DNA of 63,550 bases, the filler included, from Choristocarpus tenellus KU-1152 (lineage: Eukaryota; Protista; Phaeophyceae), in assembly GCA_964200185.2 (NCBI GenBank). It is 8 parts of 8 records of this genome, joined end to end, with 100 filler letters (N's around TTAATTAATTAA, not from the genome) between each part and the next. Parts side by side here need not be neighbours in the genome. Positions count along the whole stretch, not along the records: positions 1 to 22,021 come from CAXNAD020000307.1; positions 22,122 to 24,758 come from CAXNAD020026071.1; 6 more parts are not named here. One strand, given 5' to 3'. Of this stretch, positions 14,001 to 24,858 are shown piece by piece (the first letter of the stretch is position 1; every line of letters begins with the position of its first letter). The notes below the pieces were generated by a model. The model had not been told where the DNA came from. It ran no database searches and saw only the letters and a program-made list of their open reading frames with translations. The translations under genes and the position numbers were made by a program.

Positions 14001-17000
14001 GGTTGATACTTGGCATAGTTTGAAAATAGATGGACTTTACAGAAAAAGCGAGAGAGAATTTTGTTCTTAGAAATCATTTTTTTACCCTTAATAAATAGAT
14101 TTTTATTTTACGTTAAAAAAGGTTATTTACAGTCATATATTTGAGGGGATGTGGGACATTTTACCAATAGAAGCAATTCTGGCATAACCAGGGAGACCCG
14201 TGTTACATATTGGGTCAACAGGATGGGGATATACCTTCAGAGCAATATCTCTTACCCTGTAAACCTTAATGTTACTACTGTTACTATATATCATAATCAA
14301 CCCTTACACCATACCGTTCACCTACAAGATATTTTTAGTTGGAGGCAACCTGGGTAAAGTCAGAAAACACCGAACACATTCCTGAACTCAAGACAAAAAT
14401 ATATATAGAAGGCATCATCACAATGCAATATTGGACTTGCTCACCCCCCAGCACCCACTGACGTCCAGGTGTCTGAGGTTCGTTCCGCATCTCTCTGCCA
14501 AGAGACATACTGATGCGTCTGTTACATAGACACATCCACCAACACCAACATGTCTCAGGTTTGGGATTCCAAGGGCCACTGCTTCTAGTCCTGCATCTGT
14601 GATGAGGCTGCAGAACCTGTGAAAGTGGGTTGATATTTCACCTGCTTGAGACTGTTTTTAGCCTTGAAATATCTGGGCCAGAGCTGAGTTTGGGCTTCAT
14701 CGGGTGGCTATAGTAGGAACACTTTCTTACATATGGATTTTTAAAGGTAAAATGTCGGAGCAAGGACCTCCTCAAGCATATGGTAGGTAGGTCAAGGGTA
14801 GGAGTTATGCATGGGTCTGTTGCCACCTCAAGAAGAAGGGTTTTACTGTCGCTGGAAGGCTGAGCAGGGATGTGGAGTGTTTGTCAAATAGGTTACAGTT
14901 GGATAAAGTATAACTTTTGGCCTCCTTTATGAGGACAGAGTTCTGTGGGATAGCTGAGCTTGGGAAGAAAATAGAAAGGGTCCTTGGCCAGGACTAATTC
15001 TCCAGATCAAAGATGCCGACCAATTATATCCAGAGGTTCGATTTGAACCATACATAACCAACAGTCTTTGTATTCATAAAGAAGCGGTCAATATAAAAAG
15101 TGGAAATTTGTAACATTGCAGACTTCTGGGATAGAGGGAGTATATCCCGTTCGTTCTAATCACCTGAGGCAAAGCTCTTGGAGGCTTTTGCACTTTCCCG
15201 CAACAGCTACAAGGGCCATGTCAGTAATCTTACACGCTCCATTCAGTCTGAGGGTGGTAAGCGACTCGATATGTAGACAAAACTTTCCGAGGACAGAGGT
15301 GGGGGGTGGGTGAAAGAAAGTTTTCTTCAGTAAACTGGAGTGTTGCTATCTGTAACAATTCATCCATCGATAACACTTCAGAGCGTTGGGCATTCCTTCA
15401 TATTCCTTCACATTGTTTCACCCTTTCGAACACTCATATTCTGTCTAAACCTGTGGATTAACTGCCTTGCATGGTCTTTGCACAGAACGTACCTCCGTAA
15501 ACACTCCACACCCTCTCCTTCCTTGGCCCCAACACAGCCTCCAAAAAATTAGATTCATCAAGCACCAACACCACTCGAGAGATGCGAACATGGAGAGAAT
15601 CAGATGAATGCTTCCTATTGACTAAAAACGATTTACGCTTTGTTCTATCTGTGGAAAATTACCTTTCATGTGGGATTTGCTTCTTGACCCCTAGGGTCAT
15701 AATCCAGTTCAACAAGACTCTGAGTGCAAGTATAGGAAGACCATGATTATTAAATTCAATCTGGCGATTCACCTCCTTTACTCCCTCCCCACCAAACGAA
15801 GGTACACGAGTTCGGCGTGTGACTTCCAGCATGTTGATGTTGGACGATACGTCCAGGAGACGTAACTTACAGCAGCCCTTTCCTAGTCTTCCCAGAGCAC
15901 CATCAGTTGTGCGAGTGAGCCCCACCATACTGAGATACTGTAATACAGGGCAGTTTTGAGCAATAGAAAGCACTGTACTGTTCCCTGTCCCTCATGAGAT
16001 AGGGCCAGTGGTGGACATTGGTTGTGGGTAGGAGAGCCAGCATGTTTTTCACGTCAGTTGGATCCAATGGGCTCCATATAGTTGTTCTCAGTCAAGTGTT
16101 CAGGTCATCACTAATCTTTGAATTCCACCTTGCTAATATTTGCAACACTAACCTGCTCCCCTGCATTACGAAGTGTCAGGTGGGACATGAAGTTATACAA
16201 TATGTATACATGGAAATAAGGCCAGTGCTTGGGTGTGAATTGTGTGGCACTGCTCTTACCTAGGAATTCATAGCTCGGTAGATCTGCAGTTCATCTAGTG
16301 TTATATAACGTACTGGATTTGTATACTGTTTATCTCTTGCAATGCTCTTGGGGCATTTGTATGCCAAGTAATTCTAGAGGAGGACATATTCGAACTACTT
16401 GCTACGGCAAACCATTTCGTCTTGATCGAAATCTGTTCTGGTTTCCAAGAGCAATCAACAAGCTCTCCATTGTATATGTTTGCGGGAATCAAATTGAGGA
16501 GCAGAACTGTGGAATCAGTGCTAATGTCAACATTGTTATTTCACCTCCTGTCCTATGAAGTTGGTTCAATTTAATCACATATTTCAAAGACAAATAACTC
16601 CCAAGTGCCAGGTCATTCCTTATAAGTAACTCTCCCAAATTGTCATCAACTCACAACATAAATTGTACTTACCCAATTTATTGTCACAATCCAGAGTGAG
16701 TTCCTCCAAAGAATGTCCCGACCTCAGAAGGAACATGTCCATTCCTGCATCTGTCACACCGAACACCCTTGCCAACGACAATGTCTTAAGAGGAAGGGCG
16801 ACATCCCCTGATCCCTTTGACAGGTATTCCAGACCAAGGTCAGTGACTAGGCGGCATCCAGCAAGGTTGAGATGTTCCAAGAGCTTGCAGCCCTGAGTAA
16901 AGATGGTGCAAGGAGGGGTAACCATACCAATGGAAATTTGAGCGTGTTGCCTACACACCAGCTACTCTCCAGCACTTGACTCTTGGCAACTTCTAGAGGT

Positions 17001-20000
17001 CTGTAAAATAGTGAAGGAAGGATCCTGCATTGTATTTGATATGCTTCATCTGTTGCAACGGTTAATCTAGGTGCCCCGATAACAAGGGATAGGTCTAAAT
17101 CCCCCTGTCTACATCTCAAATATACACAACGGCTAGTTGTATCTTATTGTTCCTCTGAAGAGGGAAAGGAAGTGTTTCTGGGGAAAGAGCACCTGTGCAA
17201 CCCAGCCAAGACCGATATCTGCAATGTCTATGCCCCTCAGATCTAGACTCTTCAGGCTTGTGGTTGTGAATGCTGCACGCTCCAAACCTATAAGGCACAA
17301 CTCCGACAATTGCAAGCACCCTTGTATCTTAAGGGACCGAAGTATCCCTCCTGCTGCAAGAAGCGCCAATAAGCCTGATGTCGACCCATTTTATTTGCAG
17401 GGACAGGAGGTAATGAGTAAAAGTATCTTAGAGAGTATGAGTTTTTCCCTGTTTGTCCATTCGGGGCTTGGCTTCCCTTGGGGTTTTTTATAACATTTTT
17501 CTTGTCCAAAATATTTCGGAGCAGATAAAATGTATACGTTATGAAAATGTGTGTCTTGAACAAGGATATTGACATTTCCTAACAAACACGATAGCCAAAA
17601 TTACATCAAAATCGCAACATTGGATTTTGGCTCCCAAATGGACGCAGCTCTACCCTCTAAGATGCTTTGACTCTAATTGTCGTGTGTATCATGTCATATA
17701 TGGTGAGAGTGACCTCTCTTACACTTATGTGGGGGTACAAGAACCAATAGTGAAGGGTCAACCAAACATGTGTCAGAAGTGGACAAAGGAATGGTACACT
17801 GATGGCACGGAAGACCAGATATCAAGGAAGCGCGAGAGGGGTAGTGAACTACAATGCCGTCTAAGCTGTGGTGAGATTGTTTGAGGTTACCTAAAACCTG
17901 GGCTAGGACTCCATCTCTTGTGTGTAGTATATTGTTTTCATTGGGCCATCCCTTTGCCACTAATGGTGATTCTTTATCAGATCTCCAACTCACTCTATTT
18001 CATAGACACAACCTATCATGGACAAAAGTTAAATGTGTTACACAAAAAAATAAACTGCTAACAGGGAATTACTCAGGAAGGGGGAATAGGATATGCAATA
18101 CAGAGAGGGAAAGGTTAGTGCAAAGATGTTATAGCCTTCTTGTCATAAAAAAGAGTTGCTCAAGAGTCAGTCCATATGGGGCAAGTTGTCAGAAAAAGAT
18201 TTGAAGCATGCCCTTATCACGGACCATCATTCGAAAATTTTAGGCTCCAACGCAAATCCAGACACCGAAGACACCGCTGGTGCTTGATACACTGCAGCAC
18301 AGCACCCATCCCCCGGTCAGTGAGGCCCTGAAGGCGTCTAAGTCCAAGGGAGCGGAGGTTCTTGCTTGCCCCAAGGACAAGCTGCAAGCCACTATCAGTC
18401 AAGCTTGTGCCTGAGAGGTCCACAGACAACAGCCTAATAAAGGCCTGGTTGATCATTGATGCCGACTGTTGTATTGTGAACAGGAGGTTAGGGACAGGCA
18501 AGTCATTCCAAGGGGGGATGAGAGGACTGTGAAGGGCCTTCGATTAAGTAGTCAAGGGAAAGAACGGAGGTGAAGACAAAATGAGAACACCTAGCAGGTA
18601 GGAGGGAAATGTTGCCCTGACTATAACATTTCACACACAAGGAATAGTGATGAATTTTAAATGTTTGGTTGCCCTCACCCTGTCAGTGAGGAGGGAGCAC
18701 CCTGAAAGACTGAGCTCTTGGAGGCGATTCAGGCTTGGATTCTCCAGAAAAGATTCAACCAACAACACTACACCTTCATCTGTTAACCTGTACAAACCCA
18801 CAAAGGGCAGGAAGGATCAGGCTAGATGATACTAGATTCATAGCATCCCAGAGGGGGCTACAGTTGAGCACTTAGAGTCTCTGTGATTGCCTTCTGGTAC
18901 ATGTGTCCCTAGCATTGGAGGTCAATTTCATGCTTGCATGGGTGAACATCTCTCTCCACCTCTACAGTCATAGCCTCCTGGTGAGGGTTAGCTTCATTTT
19001 GGGCACGGGAATGGGGGTCTGAAACAGAAGATTTTACAAGCCCCTCGTGCTTGAAAGGGTTAAATCGTCGTGGCTCTACAATACTCTGACTCTCTCTATA
19101 CTACGCAGAAGAGTTAAAAAAAAATTATATTGACTTAGCTATATCATATTGGTTTTTTTTCACAGTGCAAAAACACCAGAAGATCACTACAGTGAGAGGG
19201 CAAGACCTTGCTGTGCTGCAGAGGAGTACAACAAGGTTCTTCGTTGGACTTGTGAATTGATTTTCCTATTTGTCTTCACTGTGAAGTATTTCTAAATGGG
19301 TGATAACTCACTGCTTTGAAAAGATAATTTTCTCCCAAAGCATTGCAAATGATATTGTCGGAGCACATCCAAGAGACTTTGAACACTTCATCTCAGTTCA
19401 TATTTTTTCTGCAAGGGTAGGCTAAAATTGTACTGTGGGTACACACCAGTGATACAACTACATGGAAACACATGTGCTCATTTTCATACATTTACAAGAA
19501 TTTTCACACGTATAATGTGTGTGAGTGAATGCACAAGTGCCTTTAGGGTGGATAAAGATAAGTTCGAATAGTCCTTGTGACTCACCTCCAGCATCTGTTG
19601 AGAAGGAGAGCAGTGACTCCCCCGGTGTCTTCTTTGGGGTTGATGTTCGCCTGTGATACCTGGGTGCAGTCAATAAGTGTCAATATACCCAGTGGGGAAA
19701 GAATGTGCATGGATTTGTACTCTAAGTGCACAGATTGCCATTAACATTATGAAATATAGATGAAGACAGTCTTCTCTATTGTGTTGCATAGGGAAAAAAA
19801 GGAGGTTGTAAGTTCGGCAGGATTCAGTCCCCACCACACTAATAGCCCGTGCAGATCATCTCAAATGTGCCCTCTCTCTCATCCTCACCGCAGCCACTGC
19901 CGCCATATCACTATCGAATAACCCCCAGTCGCTAAGGTCCAAGATCCCGGCCCTTGGCGACCCATCTTTGATGTGGAACAGCACACCATGGGGTAGGTAC

Positions 20001-21103
20001 GTATTGGAAGGGATTTTTCGGTTTAAGTTAAAGCGTGCCCATTGAACACCCCCCATCGTGAAGACCTGGCATTAATTTTCAGCAAATACAGCAGTGAGAG
20101 GTAGACTAGCCGCTCTTCGAAGTAAATTGAAGCCATGCGCATCGAAGCAGGATTTGTAAATGTGATTGGTCTGGTGTTCTGGTTCTCGCTCATATTTCAC
20201 CTCACCCCTCATACTCTATGCAAGATCTCTGCTAAGCGACACCTGTGGAGTTAGTACTCTTTGCAGGTCGAGGTACAACAACCACGGCAAGAAGGGAACT
20301 GCTCTTTGGACCTCATAGTCGCAGGCGGAGTTATAGGCGCAAGTGTTACGCCTTAGCCTGCAGCAGACTCATCATATGATTCTTCCGAGAAACTTCTCAC
20401 CTCCTTGTATGGTGGGGGGATTTTGGTTCCCCCATCCGCGAAGGTCGACAACAGGGTACTTCTTCCAGTAGGAGAGCTGAACGTACTGTAAGCAGAATCA
20501 GTTCCCCTGAGACTGGGATTTGCAGTTATTTTACCCTTGTCTCTATACTCTGCCACAGGGGCCACTGCATCGTTTGAGAGGAGCGTCTCCTGGGTGCAAC
20601 GTGAGTTCAACAGGGACACCAAGGTCAGATCCCCCGATCATGCTCTTCATACAGTTCCCTCTCCCACTGGTTGGTTTTGAGATGGGGAGCACCTTCAATT
20701 TACGCTTATGCTCAGCTCCCGTCCGGATCCTGGAAGAAATTTGAAGCGCATAGGTGGGCTGTGACCCTTCGGCTGGACTGGAGGCGAGGCAATGTGGCAC
20801 AGAAGTGTTAGGGGTCCCGTTTAAGTGCCTTGAGGTTCTATCATCGTCGTTCCCACGATCCTGAGATCGACCGATGCTGAGTTGTACAGTGGGAGTTGTT
20901 GAGACATCCCCTCTCGTACCATCCGAGGTCTTCCTAAAGGTCTTGACATGCAGAGTATGCTCTTCACCAGGCGTATTCGACTCTGGTAAAAAAAAATCGT
21001 CTGGTTGATGGTGAGACGATTGATTCCCCTTCTTGTGTTTAGCCTCTAGAAAAGGGGACACTATCGTAAAAGCCGACGCCGAAATGCTTCTGGCACTAGC
21101 CAT
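2077..21103 (-). CDS. Multi-exon FBXL/RNI-like leucine-rich-repeat protein with C-terminal IQ calmodulin-binding motifs (~20 exons)
   Basis: GT-AG-bounded exons read by hand, coordinates approximate. N-terminal low-complexity exons: 21103-20692, 20589-20401. LRR exons: 20066-19890 (LDLSDWGLFDSD), 19658-19585, 18787-18679 (LQELSLSGCSLLTD), 18443-18221 (LSVDLSGTSLTDSG), 17374-17193, 16893-16672 (CKLLEHLNLAGCRLVTDLG), 15985-15772, 15290-15163, 14616-14469, 12450-12279 (LEAVNLRACEGVTDDG), 11425-11332. IQ exons: ~9705-9510 (AQRLCRG), ~6930-6770 (MQRVMRG), ~5103-4927 (IQSAWRG, IQILWR), ~4100-3915, ~3050-2898 (IQMAARR), and a probable last exon ~2180-2077 (IQRLYRG...SEV*). Confidence 0.85.
5798..6057 (-). 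mobile_element. MITE copy 2 (intronic)
   Basis: Same family in reverse orientation; AGAT/AGAT flanks. Confidence 0.9.
6233..6473 (+). mobile_element. MITE copy 3 (intronic, small internal deletion)
   Basis: gagtgaaagtatcttaga ... taagatactttgactc; flanks (c)tta / tta. Confidence 0.9.
9163..9405. repeat. Intronic tandem duplication, 2 x ~120 bp
   Basis: ttggtgcctctacatccattt...tgaggttgcacaccctcaacacctt...atatatacagcacccctt occurs twice. Confidence 0.85.
10987..11262 (+). mobile_element. MITE copy 4 (diverged subfamily)
   Basis: TIR gacccaaagcatttcagagggtag / ctaccctctgaagtgctttggatc; internal sequence homologous to the other copies. Confidence 0.85.
12005..12263 (+). mobile_element. MITE copy 5 (about 15 bp from a splice donor)
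   Basis: Full TIRs; TSD AGGA/AGGA. Confidence 0.9.
17415..17673 (+). mobile_element. MITE copy 6
   Basis: Full TIRs; TSD TAAT/TAAT. Confidence 0.9.
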
Positions 21104-21926
21104 TCTGTACAGAGCACTGCTTTATGGCGGTTGGAGACCCTGCACTCAACATTTGTCAATGAGAGTTTCCGCGTAAACAGTTTCATAATAGAGAACGTAT
21201 CATGATACACAAGTTAGATATCTACTACATATTATATAGTATATTACTCTCATTTTTATTATTATGCCCTCTGACATTTAGGAGTCCAGAAAAACCAATA
21301 AAAACTATTTACATGTCAGAAAAAAATAAAAAGTAAGAGTTGTCATAAATGTCAAGACATAAATCTATTTACTATTTTACTACCACTTATGATGTACCAC
21401 TACCTTTCTGTGCCTCCAAACTAGCTTATTTCTGCACCCAGGGTGAGGAGGTAGGGAAGCATTCCAAAAATCTAACAAGTCCCTCCTTGCCCATCTCCCT
21501 GGTGTCTCGAGCATAAAACGCATAACACGTGTAGATAGGTGTAGATAGGGCCACCTGCATTGTTACTCACATCAACGTAGAGTACTGGTCCCACTTCAAG
21601 GACAACAGAAATATGGGGAGATCAATTGTCGGTGTGTATGATGCAGGGTTAAGGGGATAAAGAATCTAATGGACGAGTGGCATTCCAACGAAGTTGTGAT
21701 TGCTCATGTACATGCCAAGAAAAAGCAGTAACTCAGGGGGGGCAAACAGATAATAGCACATCCACACTCACCACTATCTCCAAAGTGCTGCATGGTTTCT
21801 CATCGTCTTTCCCTTTTGGGGTTGATTGTTCTTGCTGCATATGTCCTACCTTATTCTTTTTTCCTTTCCTTTCCTTTCCTTTTGTGTGACATGTGATATG
21901 TGATATTCGGAGAGAATGGAGTGATG

Positions 21927-22021
21927 AGGCTCAACGTATCTGGGGGGGAGGGGGGGGGGCTACACCAGCGTATCCATTCGGGCCCTGACCGGCAGAAGTG
22001 AACTTACATTATCCATCCGAT
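21927..22021 (+). mobile_element. Start of a large poly-G-subterminal transposon, cut by contig end
   Basis: ggctcaacgtatctggggggg...; the same terminus as 71-102. Confidence 0.55.
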
Positions 22022-22121
22022 NNNNNNNNNNNNNNNNNNNNNNNNNNNNNNNNNNNNNNNNNNNNTTAATTAATTAANNNNNNNNNNNNNNNNNNNNNNN
22101 NNNNNNNNNNNNNNNNNNNNN
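22022..22121. other. Artificial contig linker N44-TTAATTAATTAA-N44 (also 24759-24858, 27426-27525, 39699-39798, 47668-47767, 55265-55364, 60435-60534)
   Basis: Identical 100-nt spacer with stop codons in all six frames, repeated seven times. Confidence 0.98.
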
Positions 22122-22525
22122 GTAAGTGTGCATATCAGTGGGGATGGTGCTGGCGAGCTTGGGAGATAAGTGAAGTTCCAAAGGATGCTGGCGAACAACG
22201 GTAGATGGAGGAAATCTCCACCGAGAACACCACAAAGCAATGGAATCGCCGAAAGGGCGATAAAGCAACTCATGGGGGCAGCAAGGAGTGAACTGGTAAA
22301 AGCTGGACTGGGCAACGAGTATTGGTTCTTTACCATCACGGACGTCGCCTTCAAGACTGGAGGCATGCCACATGAATACCTCGGAGGAGAGACGCCATGC
22401 GAGCGTCTAACAGGAAAATATTTCAATTATGATAGACTTCGGGCCTGGGGAAGCGAGTGCTATGTTCATCAGGACAAGCAGCAGAGAGGGGCCAGCGCAA
22501 AGTTCCACCCATACGCCAAGAGAGG
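22122..22525 (+). pseudogene. Ty1/copia integrase core and SH3-like fragment
   Basis: ISGDGAGELG...KSPPRTPQSNGIAER...YDRLRAWGSECYVH...KFHPYAKRG; homologous to 41010-41410. Confidence 0.9.
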
Positions 22526-23055
22526 TAAAATAATGAGAAGACACCACACACAAAGGTCACTCTTCTCTTCTCTTCTAATCTTCAACCATGTAATGACCTT
22601 CAGCAAAGGGGGTCGTGTGAGGCTTCACACTTTCTTATCTTCACTACTAACAAATAGCATTACCTCCCAAGGTAATTTGCACAGGTCATAAGCCTCAGTA
22701 GTATGGAGAAAAGGAGCAGGTGATAGGCCCGAACGACATGAAGAATTTTCCCCAACTGGACTGGAGCACCAGCACGATCAGTGAAGACTTGGACAACATG
22801 GAAATTATATCTGGTGGCTTATGCCAGCGAAAGGGTCTTTAAGACATTGTGCGTCGAAAATACGTCGTCCTGAACTCACGGAGACACTAACGGAACAGGA
22901 ACGAATATTGCACGGAAACTACGAAAGAGAAGAATCAATGAACGATACGCGGAAGACTAGATCCCCGTGCAGCTCAACAGAGGACATGTGGAGGACGAGA
23001 TCCCCGTGCAGCTCATCAGAAGACCCGATATAAGCTACAGGAAGCTGAAACGGGC

Positions 23056-23100
<45 letters not shown>

Positions 23101-23966
23101 ATCTTCCATATCCGAAGCACCCTGGTGAGGAAGGTTTGGTGGCACAGGACTTCACTCAACGAGAGGATGTACAAGACATTCAATTATTATAGGCTTCAAG
23201 CCTGGGGGAGTGAGTGCTACGTCCAACAAGAGATTATTATAGGCTTCAAGCCTGGGGGAGTGAGTGCTACGTCCAACAAGAGACTACGTCCAACAAGAGA
23301 AACAGCAAAAGGGGACTGGTTCAAATTTTTGACCATAAACTAAGCGAGGGGTCATCATGGGACACGATTGTACATCACTGTGTTGGTGCATCTAAAGAAG
23401 CAGGTACAAGACTTCGTCGACACTGTGTTGACTAGATGAATGACGTATGTTTGAGTTCAAGCAATCAGTGTTCTTTTATTGCGTTGACAAGATAAATGTT
23501 ATGTGTGAGAATGTAACCAATCTGATGTCTTTTACTTCCATTTTCATGGCAAGTGTGCAGGATGGGGAGTGTTCACAATAAGATATTTTAGGTTTGAGAG
23601 TTCCAGCAACTTTTTATTACCTGCACTCTCATGGGGGAGTGTGCAAAATAGGAAATAGTGAGGTGTACCTTATTTTGTGTATGAGAGATGTAACTAATGA
23701 GATAGTACATCTGGATTATGAATGGGGATATGTATGGGTTTTTATTCTGCATTCAACTACTTTGACATAACCATGGACTTATGTATGTGAAGCACAAATA
23801 AATAATAAACAAGCAATGAGAAGACACCACACACAAAGGTCACTCTTCTCTTCTCTTCTAATCTTCAACCATGTAATCACCTTCAGCAAAGGGGGTCGTG
23901 TGAGGCTTCACATCTTCTTATCTTCACTACTAACAAATAGCATTACCTCCCAAGGTAATTTGCACA
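22526..23966 (+). mobile_element. Internally deleted copia-type element: partial 5' LTR (to 22683), PBS-like ggtcataagcc, degenerate internal region, PPTs, full 3' LTR 23640-23966
   Basis: 22531-22683 is near-identical to 23815-23966. The LTR is bounded by tgtgcaaa...tttgcaca and preceded by atgggggag. The internal part carries duplicated integrase remnants (YRLQAWGSECYV x2). Confidence 0.8.
23057..23100. repeat. (CCTGAG)7 microsatellite inside the retroelement internal region
   Basis: Read directly. Confidence 0.9.
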
Positions 23967-23969
23967 GTA

Positions 23970-24758
23970 AGGTGTTACCAGTAGTTTCGCCCTCTGTGGC
24001 AATCTTGCTTGTTTTCACTGGAACGCCACAACAGTCATACAACATTGTATATATCAAATGAAAGTGTATGACAAGAGCTTTTGAAAGGTTATATACACGA
24101 CTGTCCAGGATTTGGGGAAAAGGATCTATTTCCCGACCAAATAATGGGGGAAAATGCAGGGGAACATCTCTGGCGCATTTTTGAAGGTAAAGACTTCAAA
24201 ACGGACAAAAACGAAGTGGTTGCCCGAACTCCTTGCAAACAATTGAAGCGTGGTAGGTCACTGCCCATGTTGGGACGGTGTGGCGATACCAAAAAAAAGC
24301 AAGACTTTCTCTGAGTATACACACACATAACTTACACAGGAACATGAACCACGACGGTGAGACAAGGAGAGCCGCCGAGGCCAGTCTGTCCCCTGGATCT
24401 ACCCTCGGCACCTTCTTTGTCGAGAGGCGACGAAAAGGCAAGTACTGTGTGACACTCAGCACGATGTTAGGTGACGAGAAAGCCCAGCAGCATATCAAAT
24501 CGCGAAATGGATCACGCGGCCGCCACACTGACGCTGAGAGAAGGTGCATTGAAAGCATTACCAAACAAATGTGGTTGAATCTTCAACCACATCAGATCAC
24601 TGCTCTGCAGTCTCTGCCGCCTCGGGAAAGCAGGAAGAGAACGGCAAGTCCATCACCAGGTGGTACAGTGACAAAGTCTGTGGGGAAGCCTGGTCACGGC
24701 AGGTGAAGGGAGAACCAGGGTGGCCGGCCGAAGGGAAGATTGGGGAAGAGAGCAGTGC
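23970..24758 (+). mobile_element. TA-flanked TIR element (Tc1/mariner-like), copy A, 5' part only
   Basis: ta|aggtgttaccagtagtttcgccctctgtgg terminus; ORF remnant MNHDGETRRAAEASL shared with the copies at 55365-60232. Confidence 0.75.
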
Positions 24759-24858
24759 NNNNNNNNNNNNNNNNNNNNNNNNNNNNNNNNNNNNNNNNNN
24801 NNTTAATTAATTAANNNNNNNNNNNNNNNNNNNNNNNNNNNNNNNNNNNNNNNNNNNN

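Noticed and set aside
20353-20700. Apparent frameshift and stop in the 5' part of the LRR gene
   Set aside because: Resolved by in-phase GT-AG introns (about 20691-20590 and 20400-20067).
22066-22077. TTAATTAATTAA palindrome repeated seven times
   Set aside because: Artificial six-frame stop linker within N runs; not biological.
22945-23300. CRISPR-like short repeats
   Set aside because: Only two-copy tandem duplications of retroelement sequence; no unique spacers or cas genes.
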